DNA of 22,551 nt from an uncultured virus (IMG/VR IMGVR_UViG_3300033997_000210) (IMGVR_UViG_3300033997_000210), one strand, 5' to 3'; positions 1 to 8,919 are shown, counted from the stretch's first letter. Numbers and translations: made by a program. Notes: generated from the sequence alone by a model not told the origin.

Positions 1-2
1 GC

Positions 3-1682
3 CATGGCGCCCACACCGCCAGCGACCAGCAGGCCGCCCAGCGCAGCGGCCAGGGCGGTACCGCCGATGGCCAGCTTGGCGATGGTGGCCACCAGCGCCG
101 GGTTCTTGGTCACCCACTCGGCCACCCGGTCGGCGACCTTGGCCACGCGCGCGGCCAGTTCCTTGACCGTCGGCAGCAGGGTCTTGCCCAGGCGCTGCGA
201 AAGCACGGTGGCGCTGTTCTTGAGCAGGATCAAACCGTTTTCTGCCGTGCCCACACGCGCGGCATATTCGGCGTTCATCGAACCGCCGTACTTCTGTTCG
301 TCAGCGACCTTGCCCAGATTGCCCTTGAGCAATTCAAGGTTGGTCAGCAGCGGCGCGATCGCACCGATCGACTCGCGGCCAAACAGCTGCGTCATCGTCG
401 CAGCTTGCTCGGCCTTGGGCAGTTGCTTGAGCTTTTCCAGCACCTGCAGGATGGCGCCGCCGGCGTCGTCCTGCATCGCCTTGGCCATATCGCCGGCCTT
501 CAACCCCAGCTTGTCGAACGCGGCCACCTGCCGAGACGTTGCCGCCTCGCCCGAGGACAGCGTGAGCAGCATGTTCTTAATGCCGGTGGCCGACACTTCG
601 GACTCAATGCCCATGCCGGCGACGGTGGCGCCAAGAGCCGCCAGCGGGCCGCTGCCGAGGCCGGCGACCTCGCCCAGCGCACCGATGCGGTTCACCACCT
701 CGCTGATCTTCTGGACGCTGGCCGGGCCGGTGTTGCCCAGGTAGTTGATTTTGTCGGCCAGCACGACAACGTCGTCCTGCCCCATACGGAATGCGGTACG
801 CCATGTGGCCATCGTCTGGCCGGCGTCTTCGGCCGTCGTGTCGAAGGCCACGCCCATCTTGGCTGCGTCCTCGGCGAACCGGGTCAGCTCGTTGCTGGCG
901 ATGCCAGCCTGGCCGGCGGCGGCGACGATCTTGGCGATGTCGGTGGGCACCATGGGCAGGCGGCGCGACAGTTCCTCAATGTCGCGGCCCATCTTCTCGA
1001 AGCCGTCCGGTGTGTCGAAGTCGACCACCTTTTTCACGTCGGCCATGGCCGACTCGAAGCTCATGGCCTGCGCGATGGGCAGCGTCTGCGCACGCAGGGC
1101 GCCGAACGCAGCCAACGCCACGCCGGTGCCGTGTGCGGCGGCGTTCATGCCGGCGCTGTGGATCTTGCGGCTACGGGCCTGCGCCGCATCGAGCGCAGCC
1201 AAGCGAGTGCGCTGCGCCTCCATCTGCGTCGAGACTGCGGCGATTTCGCCACGCAGCTTGCGCTCATGCGTCCCCAGCTGCCGCGTGCTGATACCGGCGC
1301 GGTCCAGACTGCCACGCAGGCGCTGCAGCTCCACCGACTGCTGCTGGTGCTGGCCCTTGAGCTGTGCAGCTGCAGCCTTGGCCTGCGCGAACTCGCGGCT
1401 CAGCTTGCGGGTGGGGGTGCCAGCCTCTTGGATCTGACGGGCCAGAGCGGCGACGCGCAGCTGCGCGGCCAGGTGGCTCTGTTCGGTGGCGCGCACCGCC
1501 TGCTGCTGCTGGCGGTAGGCCGCAACGTCCCGCTGGGCGGCATTGAGGCGGCGCAGGTTGGTCTGTTGTTCCTGCAGGGCGGTGGACAGGCCCTTGCTGC
1601 CGGCCATGACCTTCTTGAACGGGGCGCTGGCACGGTCGAGCGCTTCCAGCACCACCTGCAGGCGAAGGTTGCCGCCGCTCAT
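3..1682 (-). CDS. Tail tape measure protein (P2 gpT-like), 5' part only; runs off the left edge
   Basis: Hand-translated from ATG at 1682: MSGGNLRLQVVLEALDRASAPFKKV...; contains FESAMADVKKVVDF and INYLGNTGPA, typical of tape measures; follows E/E'; absent from the ORF track because its stop is outside the window. Confidence 0.93.
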   Translation of the reverse strand, partial: MSGGNLRLQVVLEALDRASAPFKKVMAGSKGLSTALQEQQTNLRRLNAAQRDVAAYRQQQQAVRATEQSHLAAQLRVAALARQIQEAGTPTRKLSREFAQAKAAAAQLKGQHQQQSVELQRLRGSLDRAGISTRQLGTHERKLRGEIAAVSTQMEAQRTRLAALDAAQARSRKIHSAGMNAAAHGTGVALAAFGALRAQTLPIAQAMSFESAMADVKKVVDFDTPDGFEKMGRDIEELSRRLPMVPTDIAKIVAAAGQAGIASNELTRFAEDAAKMGVAFDTTAEDAGQTMATWRTAFRMGQDDVVVLADKINYLGNTGPASVQKISEVVNRIGALGEVAGLGSGPLAALGATVAGMGIESEVSATGIKNMLLTLSSGEAATSRQVAAFDKLGLKAGDMAKAMQDDAGGAILQVLEKLKQLPKAEQAATMTQLFGRESIGAIAPLLTNLELLKGNLGKVADEQKYGGSMNAEYAARVGTAENGLILLKNSATVLSQRLGKTLLPTVKELAARVAKVADRVAEWVTKNPALVATIAKLAIGGTALAAALGGLLVAGGVGAM

Positions 1683-1704
1683 GCGACGACAACCGATGCG
1701 CGTG

Positions 1705-1842
1705 TTACGGCGTCGTGGTATCCGTGGGATCGGCTACCAGCGCGGCCAGGAAGCGGCACCCAGCGCTGAACGCCCACACCAGCAGCCCGCCGACCGTGGC
1801 CAGCAGGAACAGCGCAAAGACGATGGCGATAAGGGTGTCCAT
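1705..1842 (-). CDS. 45-aa hydrophobic membrane microprotein (moron-like, function unknown)
   Basis: MDTLIAIVFALFLLATVGGLLVWAFSAGCRFLAALVADPTDTTTP*; fills the E'-T gap; GC-rich third positions; long hydrophobic stretch. Confidence 0.72.
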   Translation of the reverse strand: MDTLIAIVFALFLLATVGGLLVWAFSAGCRFLAALVADPTDTTTP

Positions 1843-1848
1843 GGGCGG

Positions 1849-1857
1849 ACTGTATCA
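1849..1857 (-). promoter_or_regulatory. Putative extended -10 promoter (TG-A-TACAGT) for a leaderless mRNA of the 45-aa gene
   Basis: Minus strand reads TGA TACAGT CCGCCC ATG; hexamer lies 6 nt before the ATG; no SD. Confidence 0.55.
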
Positions 1858-1971
1858 CTGCTGGGCTCCACTTCGTTCATAGGCGCGCTGGCGCCACTGG
1901 ATCAGTTCAGACAGGGAGAGGGCCGACAGCTCGGTGAGGGTGAAGGAGAAAATCACCGCGATATCGGCCAT
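1855..1971 (-). CDS. GpE' tail assembly segment (P2 GpE family), probably expressed as an E+E' frameshift fusion
   Basis: MADIAVIFSFTLTELSALSLSELIQWRQRAYERSGAQQ resembles the P2 E' consensus (MADIA..F......M.L.EL..WR..A); in the -1 frame relative to E. Confidence 0.88.
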   Translation of the reverse strand: MADIAVIFSFTLTELSALSLSELIQWRQRAYERSGAQQ

Positions 1972-1979
1972 CAGATCCT

Positions 1980-2309
1980 CTACGCAGGCAGGGATTCCTT
2001 CTCCGCTTTCGGCACGAAAAAATCACCGATGACGCGGGCGATCTCGATCAGGTCGGCCGGTTCCAGCTTGCCGGCGTCGGCAGTGGTCAGGATCGGCTGG
2101 CTGATGCGCGGCAGGACAGTGGTCAGCGCAGTCACGTCCATCTGCGCCAGGTCGAACAGCTTGATGCCGCGCAGGTCACCAGCGGTGGGCTTGCGCAGGC
2201 GGACGGAGCGGATCACCTGCTCGCCGCGCTGGATGGGGGTTTCGAGCACGATCACGTTGGTGCCGGTGGTTTCGTCGGCGGTGGTGCTGGTGTTGGATTC
2301 GGTGTTCAT
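1980..2309 (-). CDS. Tail assembly chaperone (P2 gpE-like)
   Basis: LETPIQRGEQ..V.LRKP.AGDLRG..L.DL motif; lies between tube and tape measure. Confidence 0.9.
   Translation of the reverse strand: MNTESNTSTTADETTGTNVIVLETPIQRGEQVIRSVRLRKPTAGDLRGIKLFDLAQMDVTALTTVLPRISQPILTTADAGKLEPADLIEIARVIGDFFVPKAEKESLPA
2016..2022 (-). other. Programmed -1 ribosomal frameshift slippery site T TTT TTC
   Basis: E frame reads GAT TTT TTC; the -1 frame is open (FRAESGEGIPACVEDL) into the E' ATG at 1971. Confidence 0.85.
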
Positions 2310-2368
2310 GGTGCGTCTCTCACAGGGTTGGCCCAGCCGTCGAAGCGGCCGGGCAATGGGGAAGGGGA

Positions 2369-2878
2369 TCAGGCGCCGATGGCGCGGCGCAGAGCGGACT
2401 GCAGGTCAACACCGTTGACGACAAAGATCATGCCGACCATGTCGATCTCGATTTCGGTGCGGCCGTTGACGGTCAGCTTGTAGTAGCTGGCCGAGGTCTT
2501 GACGCTGAACTCGGTGTCGTCGCCCACCTTGCCGGTGCCCGAGTCGATCTCCGAATGGCGGCCGCGGATGACGATTTCCACCGCATCCACCTCGCCGGTG
2601 TCTTCGCGCTGGTAGCCGCCGGCAAAGCGCAGCTGCACGGCGTTGTGCGAGACGGCACCGTACTGGCGCAGCACGTCGAGCATCAGCCCGCCACACTTCC
2701 ACTCGGCCTCGATCTTCTCCTGACCCAGGTCGATGTCGATGGGGCCGACCATGCCGCCGGCACGGTATTCCTCCATCTTGCGGGTCAGGGTGGGCAGCTT
2801 GAACTCGGTGACCTGGCCGATGTAGCTCAGGCCATCGTTGAACAGGTTGAGGTTTTTCAGCTTGCTGGGCAGAGCCAT
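2369..2878 (-). CDS. Major tail tube protein (P2 FII-like)
   Basis: MALPSKLKNLNLFNDG...LPTLTRKMEEYRAGGM; typical FII length of 169 aa. Confidence 0.95.
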   Translation of the reverse strand: MALPSKLKNLNLFNDGLSYIGQVTEFKLPTLTRKMEEYRAGGMVGPIDIDLGQEKIEAEWKCGGLMLDVLRQYGAVSHNAVQLRFAGGYQREDTGEVDAVEIVIRGRHSEIDSGTGKVGDDTEFSVKTSASYYKLTVNGRTEIEIDMVGMIFVVNGVDLQSALRRAIGA

Positions 2879-2900
2879 GGCATTGGTTCCTTATGCGGCC

Positions 2901-4073
2901 TTAGCCGCTGATGCGGGCCGGGAAATCGGCGAAGTAGCGGTCGGTGATGCGCTGGTTCAGCTGAAGGTTTTCCAGCGGCGGTACCGGGTTGTAGTCGTAG
3001 TCGATCACCAGCTGGCCATCGGCCAGCGACTGCGACGCGTTCGCGGCTTCGTCGTACCAGGCGTTGGCGCCGATCAGGTAGCCGGCATAGACCAGATCGC
3101 GGAACTTGGCGTTGATGCTCTCCAGCAGATCGCGGATCAGCGACGGGTGTAGCGGTTTGTCGATATAGACCTGACGGGACTCGGCGATGGTGTCGGACAG
3201 GATCTGTGCGGTGCGGGTGGCCGTCTCGAAATGGAACAACGGGTCATCGCTGCAGGTGCGCGAACCCCAGAACTTGTAGCCGTTGGAGTTGATGAGCGTG
3301 GTGACACCGGCCGCGTTGAGCAGGCCGGCATCCGTGTTGGGGTCCTGCAGATCCCAATGCACGTCACGGCTGATGCCGGTCACGCCCGCCACCGGCACAT
3401 TGGAAATGGATTTGTGCCAGCCCTGCTGCTGGTCGATCATGGCGCGCACGCCCAGCGCACGGGCGACGGCGTAGGCCATGCCGGTAGATGCGGTGGCGGT
3501 GTTGAAGGCCATGAAGTCGGGATAGATCAGCATCACTTCACGGTCGGCGAACTGCTCGCGGTAGGAGATCGCTTCCGACACGTTGGCGCTCGCAGCGCAG
3601 CTGGCGTAGACCATGGCGCGCAGCTTCTTGGCGACGATGGCCAGCGCAGCGGTGACCGGCTGGGTATCCAGCCCCGGCGCGCCCAGGATGCGCGGACGCA
3701 CGCCCAGCTGGGCCTGTGCCACCAGCAGCGCATGCAGGCCGGTGAAGCGGCCACCTTCGGCGGCACCGATGACCTTGGCCGTGGTGTCGGTGTCATTGCC
3801 GGCGCCGGCCACGCGCACGACAACCACAATCGGGTTGCCCTGGTCAGCGATGCCCTGCAGCGTGCCGCGCAGGGTGCCGGTCTTGCCTGCCTTGCCGACA
3901 GCGCTCAGCACGTCGGTAATCAGGACCGGGCGGTCCAGCGGAAATGCGTCCTTGTCAGCATCCTCGCCGGTGCAGACAACGCCGATCACGGCGGTGGAGA
4001 CGGTGCGGATCGGGCGCGTGCCGCCGTTGATTTCAATGACGCGCACGCCGTGGTGGTAGCCGTTGGTGGCCAT
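2901..4073 (-). CDS. Contractile tail sheath protein (P2 FI-like)
   Basis: YHHGVRVIEINGGTRPI, PRILGAPGLD, FWGSRTCSDDPLF motifs; 390 aa. Confidence 0.95.
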   Translation of the reverse strand: MATNGYHHGVRVIEINGGTRPIRTVSTAVIGVVCTGEDADKDAFPLDRPVLITDVLSAVGKAGKTGTLRGTLQGIADQGNPIVVVVRVAGAGNDTDTTAKVIGAAEGGRFTGLHALLVAQAQLGVRPRILGAPGLDTQPVTAALAIVAKKLRAMVYASCAASANVSEAISYREQFADREVMLIYPDFMAFNTATASTGMAYAVARALGVRAMIDQQQGWHKSISNVPVAGVTGISRDVHWDLQDPNTDAGLLNAAGVTTLINSNGYKFWGSRTCSDDPLFHFETATRTAQILSDTIAESRQVYIDKPLHPSLIRDLLESINAKFRDLVYAGYLIGANAWYDEAANASQSLADGQLVIDYDYNPVPPLENLQLNQRITDRYFADFPARISG

Positions 4074-4088
4074 GGGCTTCTCCTGCGG

Positions 4089-4448
4089 TTAAGGGGTGGG
4101 AAAGCGGAGTGGTACGGAAAGGCGGGTGTTGCGCGATGCGCCGCTCGGCGTGGCCAGCTGGGCCTGCAGGTCGAGGACGAACGAGCCGGCCACGTCGCCG
4201 TGGACCAGGTCGATACGGGTCAGACTGATGCGCGGCTCCCAACGCATCAGCGCGGTGGCGGTGGCGCCGAACAGTCGCAGGCGGGCTTCGTCGTTGAACG
4301 GTTGGTCGATCAGCTCCGGCAGGAGCGATCCGTACTCGCGACGCTGCACACGCGAGCCAATGGGGGTGGTCAGAATGTCGGCGATGGACTGGCGCAGGTG
4401 TGCCAGGTCATCGCTGAAGGAGCCGCTGCGGGCGTCCATGCCGATCAT
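4089..4448 (-). CDS. Baseplate protein W (GPW/gp25 family)
   Basis: HLRQSIADILTTPIGSRVQRREYGS...WEPRI. Confidence 0.93.
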   Translation of the reverse strand: MIGMDARSGSFSDDLAHLRQSIADILTTPIGSRVQRREYGSLLPELIDQPFNDEARLRLFGATATALMRWEPRISLTRIDLVHGDVAGSFVLDLQAQLATPSGASRNTRLSVPLRFPTP

Positions 4449-5011
4449 GCCGGCGCCCCGGTGGTGCCACCGCCCGGCTGCACGCCGGGATGCTTGTGCT
4501 TGGTCAGGCTGATGCCGGCGGCGACCACGTCGTCGGACACCTCCACCTTGCCGGTGATCGTCACCTTGCCTTCGATGCTGGTGGCGCCCTTGATCGTCAC
4601 CGGGCCGGTGATCGTGGTTCCGCCGTCAGCGGTGATGGCGACGGTTCCGCCAGCGGGCAGAACAGCCGACAGGGCATGCGCTTCATGGTCGTAGCTGACC
4701 ACGGCGCCATCCTTGAACTGGATCAGGGTCAGGTTGGGGCTGGTCGACGGCGCCGGGTACTGCTCGCAGTACAGGCCGCGCAGCACGATGGCGTTGGCCA
4801 GGTCGCCGTCGCAGCACAGCAGCGCCACCTGTTCGCCGCTGCTCGGCGGTGCCCAGGTCCGCAGCTCGCCGGCGGCGGCGCTGAACCACGGCAGGAAGTC
4901 GGTGTGCGCTTCGCCCGTCTGCACGCGGCACAGGTGCCGGGCGTGATCGACCTCGGTCACCACACCGTCGCGCAGCAGGTTGTTGATCTGTTGGGGCAGG
5001 GCGCTATCCAT
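4445..5011 (-). CDS. Baseplate spike protein V
   Basis: NLLRDGVV.EVD, WAPPSSGEQV, C-terminal ISLTKHKHPGV iron-binding HxH; ATGA overlap with W. Confidence 0.93.
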   Translation of the reverse strand: MDSALPQQINNLLRDGVVTEVDHARHLCRVQTGEAHTDFLPWFSAAAGELRTWAPPSSGEQVALLCCDGDLANAIVLRGLYCEQYPAPSTSPNLTLIQFKDGAVVSYDHEAHALSAVLPAGGTVAITADGGTTITGPVTIKGATSIEGKVTITGKVEVSDDVVAAGISLTKHKHPGVQPGGGTTGAPA

Positions 5012-5017
5012 GCCCCC

Positions 5018-5076
5018 ATGTTCCCGGCGGCCCCTCGCGCGCGCACGGAGCGCGGGCGGTAGATGGGGCCGCTACA
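5018..5076 (-). promoter_or_regulatory. Putative late promoter for the V-W-FI-FII-E-T operon (leaderless)
   Basis: Dyad TGT-N13-ACC (5076-5058), 34 nt, -10-like GAACAT (5023-5018), 6 nt, ATG of V. Confidence 0.7.
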
Positions 5077-5118
5077 ACGGCGGGCGAACAGATCGCGCCG
5101 CCGTGTGGCGGGGCGGTA

Positions 5119-5691
5119 TCAGCTTGGCTGTGCTGCGGTGGGATCACCGCCTGCAGTCTCCACCCAAGCACCTGCGCCGTCGTCATAGGTGATTGGCCCG
5201 CTGCGCTCCATGGGCGGGGCGTGATCAGTCACGGTGGCAGGCAGCGGCTGGCCACGCTGCAGGGGAGCGGCGAAGCTGCCGTCGGCCTTGTTCCAGATCG
5301 GCCGGCCGCTGTAATCGGGCTGCAGCGTCCACTCGCCTCGAACGGTATCCCAAGCGTTGCACTGCGGCGTGGTGCCATCCAGACGGAATGGCTCGGCCAG
5401 CGTGACGCCGCTCGGCAAGGGCTCGCCGAGCGCGAGCCGATTGGGGACGGCCATCGCAGTGCGCGTGTCCCACAGCATGCGGTTGCGGAAGTCGGCCACC
5501 AGCTCCCAGCGGCTCCCGTCATCAGCCAGGCGCAGCGCCTGGCACTGGCCGGCGGCCTGTGTGGGGGCCACGTCCACCGTGCCATCGGGCAGGTGCCAGA
5601 TGCCGTCGGGCGACGGCTGCAGGCGCACAGGACCCATATAGGCGCGGTTGGCGGGATCGAAGGCGTGGGCAAAGCGGGCTTCGTTGGACAT
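5119..5691 (-). CDS. Tail fibre assembly (Tfa/gpG-like) protein
   Basis: Directly follows the fibre; W..V.D.R...W....G.PLP..VT...P units resemble Tfa chaperones. Confidence 0.65.
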   Translation of the reverse strand: MSNEARFAHAFDPANRAYMGPVRLQPSPDGIWHLPDGTVDVAPTQAAGQCQALRLADDGSRWELVADFRNRMLWDTRTAMAVPNRLALGEPLPSGVTLAEPFRLDGTTPQCNAWDTVRGEWTLQPDYSGRPIWNKADGSFAAPLQRGQPLPATVTDHAPPMERSGPITYDDGAGAWVETAGGDPTAAQPS

Positions 5692-5701
5692 GCTCCGTTC
5701 C

Positions 5702-8700
5702 TCAGTAGGTGATGCAGTAGATCATTCGCAGACCGGCCGGCAGGTTGCGGTCGCCGCCGGTGTTGTTCACCGTGACCGCGTGGGAATGCGCGCCACTGTC
5801 TGCAGCCGATGCGCTGTGGCCGTGATCGCCTACCTGCGCGACGGAAATGGTGTGGGTGTGGTTGCCGGCGTTGTTCATGCCGATGTTGTGGGCATGGGCA
5901 CCAGCACCATCCGTGCTGAACGCATGGGTATGCGAGCCGGCCGCGTTGGAGTATGGCCAGCTGTTGTCGTAGTCCACGCCGCTCGCGCGTGAACCTGCTT
6001 GATCCTGATTCCCGTAGGTGCCCCACGGATAGGTCATCTTGTCGCCGAATGGCACGACGTGGTTGTGCTCGCCTGCCGCCGAGGTGCCGCCGGTGTGCCC
6101 GTGGTGGCCCTGCGAATCGGTCCATGCGCCGTGGGTATGCTCGCCGGCGGCGGCAGCGCTGGCACTGTGCGAGTGGGCACCACCGCCCGCCACCGAGATG
6201 GTGTGGGTGTGGGTTCCGGCGCTGGCGGACGATGCGCCATGCGCGTGCCGGATCACCTCACCGCTGGTGGTGCTACCAACAGTCTCCGGCTTCTGCGTGT
6301 GGGTGACCACGGTGCCTTCCAGCATCGCCGGAACGTTGAAGGTGGTCTTGCCATCGCCTGCGCCGTACAGCGTGCCGATGGCGGCGAACAGCTCGGCATA
6401 GGTGGTGCGCGACACGGCGGCGCCGTCGCACAGCAGGGTGCCGCTGGGGGCGGTCTTGCCCGCGAACATGATGACCTGGCCGGGGATCCGATTGGCCTTG
6501 GTGCTGGGCGCGAAGTTGCCGGTATGCCACACACGCTCTCCGCCCACGGTCAGCGAGCCGAACACGTTCATCGTGTAGTCGGCCTTCCCGTTGCGGGTGA
6601 AGTTGATGACGTTGTCCCCGGCGCCATCGGGGCCTTGGAAATACGTCGGCGTCTTGGCCATGAACCGGAAGACGCTGGAGCTTTCAAAGAGCAGCGTGCC
6701 GTTGACGGTGCCACCAGCGCGGTCCAGCTTGGTCCCAGGATCGAAGTTGGCGTTCGTCCACAGCTCGACCCAAGGCTTCCACCGAGTCTCAGCGGTGCTG
6801 CCGGCAGAGTCGTGGCGCGCTCGCATCCAAAAGCGGTTGGCGCTGGTAAAACTGCACGCCAGGGCCAACCCTCGCGCATTGTCGTAGCTGGGCAATGAAA
6901 TGGCGTGCGTGTATGCCGACGGCATCGAATCATCCACAGCCGCGCTGCGAAGGTGGGAGCGGTAGGTGTCGTATGCAGCCAGCCAACCACTGCCATCCTG
7001 TGTTCGCGGCGCAAACGCAACGCGGGCAGCCACGTCAGCCGCCGATCCGGCGCCGATCTCGGCCAGTGTCCACCCGAAATTCTCGCCACCGTTTAGATCC
7101 TTGGTGGTGTTTCCGATGGTCACCTTACGGTAGGCGCCCCACGATGTGCTCACGATGTTGGCAGAGCCATCGAAGGCTGTGCCGTTGATGGTGCGAGGTG
7201 TCACCAGCTTGCTCGCCGTGACGGCATTGCCGTTGAGCATGCCCCGGAATTCTGGTGCCTCAACGAGCCCAGAGGTGGGGTTGAACGAGATTACGCGCGA
7301 GTTGGTGGTGTTCGTGAGACGGAACTGCTTGCCACCGGTTGTGTCGAATAGTTCCAACACCGTGTCGCCATCCTTGGCCAACTGCCGGAAATGCCAGGGC
7401 CGGTGGGAGAACAGTTCGAGCAGAACGGTGCCATCGGCACTGCCATTGCCGAGACCCACTCGGGCGGCCGCCATCTCCGCCCTGCCGTTCTTGTAGAGCG
7501 CCAGCTGGCCACTGGCATTGGAGGAACCATTGGGCCGCAGGTACACGTAGCCCCCGGACTCCCCTGTGTCCCCCGCGCCCGCTGCCAGCACCACGCTGCC
7601 GGTGTCCGTTCCACGCAAGCCGCCACCGCCCTTCCCGAGGTCGATGGTCTGATCGCTAGGCAGGGACAAGCCAAGGGCGAAGGTCTGCCGACGGCCCCAG
7701 CTGTTCTCTGTGACTTCGACCAGGCGTCGCAGATCCGAGACAGAGGCGACCGGTTCGACCGTCGCATAGACGATTCCGCTTGGTTCGACCGTCGAGAAGT
7801 CTTTGACTCCGTGATAGGTCGCGTTCAGGACGTTTACCGGGCGCACGCGGTGGCCGTGGTTATACGCCCCTTGCAGCATCCACAGTTCAACGCCGGTGGA
7901 GACGCCCGCGCTGTTCTGAGTCAGGACCATCCCGTAACGCGCACTGTCGTTGAGGGAGTCAAAGCCCCCCAGTCGTGCCGGATAGACCATCGCGTCTACA
8001 TGTGCCGGCGTTAGTGCAGTCATCCAAGTGTCGTAGCCACACGTCGACGCCGATACGAAATCAGTAACAAAGCGGCGCCCGCCGATACCGCCGCAGGTGA
8101 TCTCAAGCATCAGGATGCTCGCGCCGCTCCCGGCCCACAGGAGTGTGCCCAGCTTGATCCAACGCTTCTGCGCACTGTTGGTAGCTATCAGGTACGAGGT
8201 CTGGACCTCGCCGACCTGCGGGAAGTCGGATGCGTGCTTGCCGTCGAGCGTGTCGGCGTCCAGCCCCTTGCCGTGCCCCATGTCCTTCAAGGCGGCGCCC
8301 TTTAGTTCGAGGCTGGTACGGATATCCGCGGCCGTTGCCTGGGCAAGCAGCGTCTTGACGAACGGCGTCGGAGCATTGGCGCCGAAACGGCTATCCAGCG
8401 TCGCCTTCAATCCGCGAGCGGTGACTGCGCGCACGGCATCGGCGCCCAGGATGGTTTCGGGGCTGTCCGCCAGCTCGACCACACCGGCAACAGTTTCGGT
8501 GGCCGGCGGATTCAGAAACTCAGTGCTGCCGAACTTGATCTGCGCAGTGTCGATATCGGCAAGCACCACGTCTGCCGAGAGCAGCAGCGTGGAGATGGTG
8601 GCCTTCTCCATGATCGCGTCGGCCTGGCCGTACACCGCAAACAGGGTGCCGTCGGACAGGTACAGCCCGAAGCCACGCAGGGTGTACTTCTCCGCGCCGC

Positions 8701-8914
8701 TGTCCTCCAGCGTGACGTGGATGGTATCGGCCGCCACCGACTTGCCGCCGAAGGTGGTCATGCGCTTGAACTCGCCCGGCAGCTGCGTCATGGCCGCAGT
8801 GGGGGTGAAGCCAGTGGCAGTGAGGCCAATGTGGGATATCAGCACCGTGTTGGTGCCGGTGTTGCTTGCGTTGACCAGCTTTGCGCGGCCAGCGGTGGTG
8901 ATCTTCATGCGCAT
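5702..8914 (-). CDS. Tail fibre protein (P2 gpH position) with tail-collar domain and His-repeat tip
   Basis: N-terminal ITTAGRAKLVNA baseplate-attachment region; LDADTLDG; collar motif GQVIMFAG..APSG.LLCDGAAVSRTTYAELFAAIGT.YG; 11 HxH motifs; ATG 8914 preferred over TTG 8923 on SD spacing. Confidence 0.9.
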   Translation of the reverse strand: MRMKITTAGRAKLVNASNTGTNTVLISHIGLTATGFTPTAAMTQLPGEFKRMTTFGGKSVAADTIHVTLEDSGAEKYTLRGFGLYLSDGTLFAVYGQADAIMEKATISTLLLSADVVLADIDTAQIKFGSTEFLNPPATETVAGVVELADSPETILGADAVRAVTARGLKATLDSRFGANAPTPFVKTLLAQATAADIRTSLELKGAALKDMGHGKGLDADTLDGKHASDFPQVGEVQTSYLIATNSAQKRWIKLGTLLWAGSGASILMLEITCGGIGGRRFVTDFVSASTCGYDTWMTALTPAHVDAMVYPARLGGFDSLNDSARYGMVLTQNSAGVSTGVELWMLQGAYNHGHRVRPVNVLNATYHGVKDFSTVEPSGIVYATVEPVASVSDLRRLVEVTENSWGRRQTFALGLSLPSDQTIDLGKGGGGLRGTDTGSVVLAAGAGDTGESGGYVYLRPNGSSNASGQLALYKNGRAEMAAARVGLGNGSADGTVLLELFSHRPWHFRQLAKDGDTVLELFDTTGGKQFRLTNTTNSRVISFNPTSGLVEAPEFRGMLNGNAVTASKLVTPRTINGTAFDGSANIVSTSWGAYRKVTIGNTTKDLNGGENFGWTLAEIGAGSAADVAARVAFAPRTQDGSGWLAAYDTYRSHLRSAAVDDSMPSAYTHAISLPSYDNARGLALACSFTSANRFWMRARHDSAGSTAETRWKPWVELWTNANFDPGTKLDRAGGTVNGTLLFESSSVFRFMAKTPTYFQGPDGAGDNVINFTRNGKADYTMNVFGSLTVGGERVWHTGNFAPSTKANRIPGQVIMFAGKTAPSGTLLCDGAAVSRTTYAELFAAIGTLYGAGDGKTTFNVPAMLEGTVVTHTQKPETVGSTTSGEVIRHAHGASSASAGTHTHTISVAGGGAHSHSASAAAAGEHTHGAWTDSQGHHGHTGGTSAAGEHNHVVPFGDKMTYPWGTYGNQDQAGSRASGVDYDNSWPYSNAAGSHTHAFSTDGAGAHAHNIGMNNAGNHTHTISVAQVGDHGHSASAADSGAHSHAVTVNNTGGDRNLPAGLRMIYCITY

Positions 8915-8919
8915 GGGGG

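Noticed and set aside
5096..5118. GTGGCGGGG resembling the cos core
   Set aside because: Only a 9-bp GC-rich match; better explained as part of a hairpin after the Tfa-like gene
5119..8914. Diversity-generating retroelement or invertible tail-fibre cassette
   Set aside because: No reverse transcriptase, invertase, inverted second fibre copy or long template/variable repeat pair seen in the window
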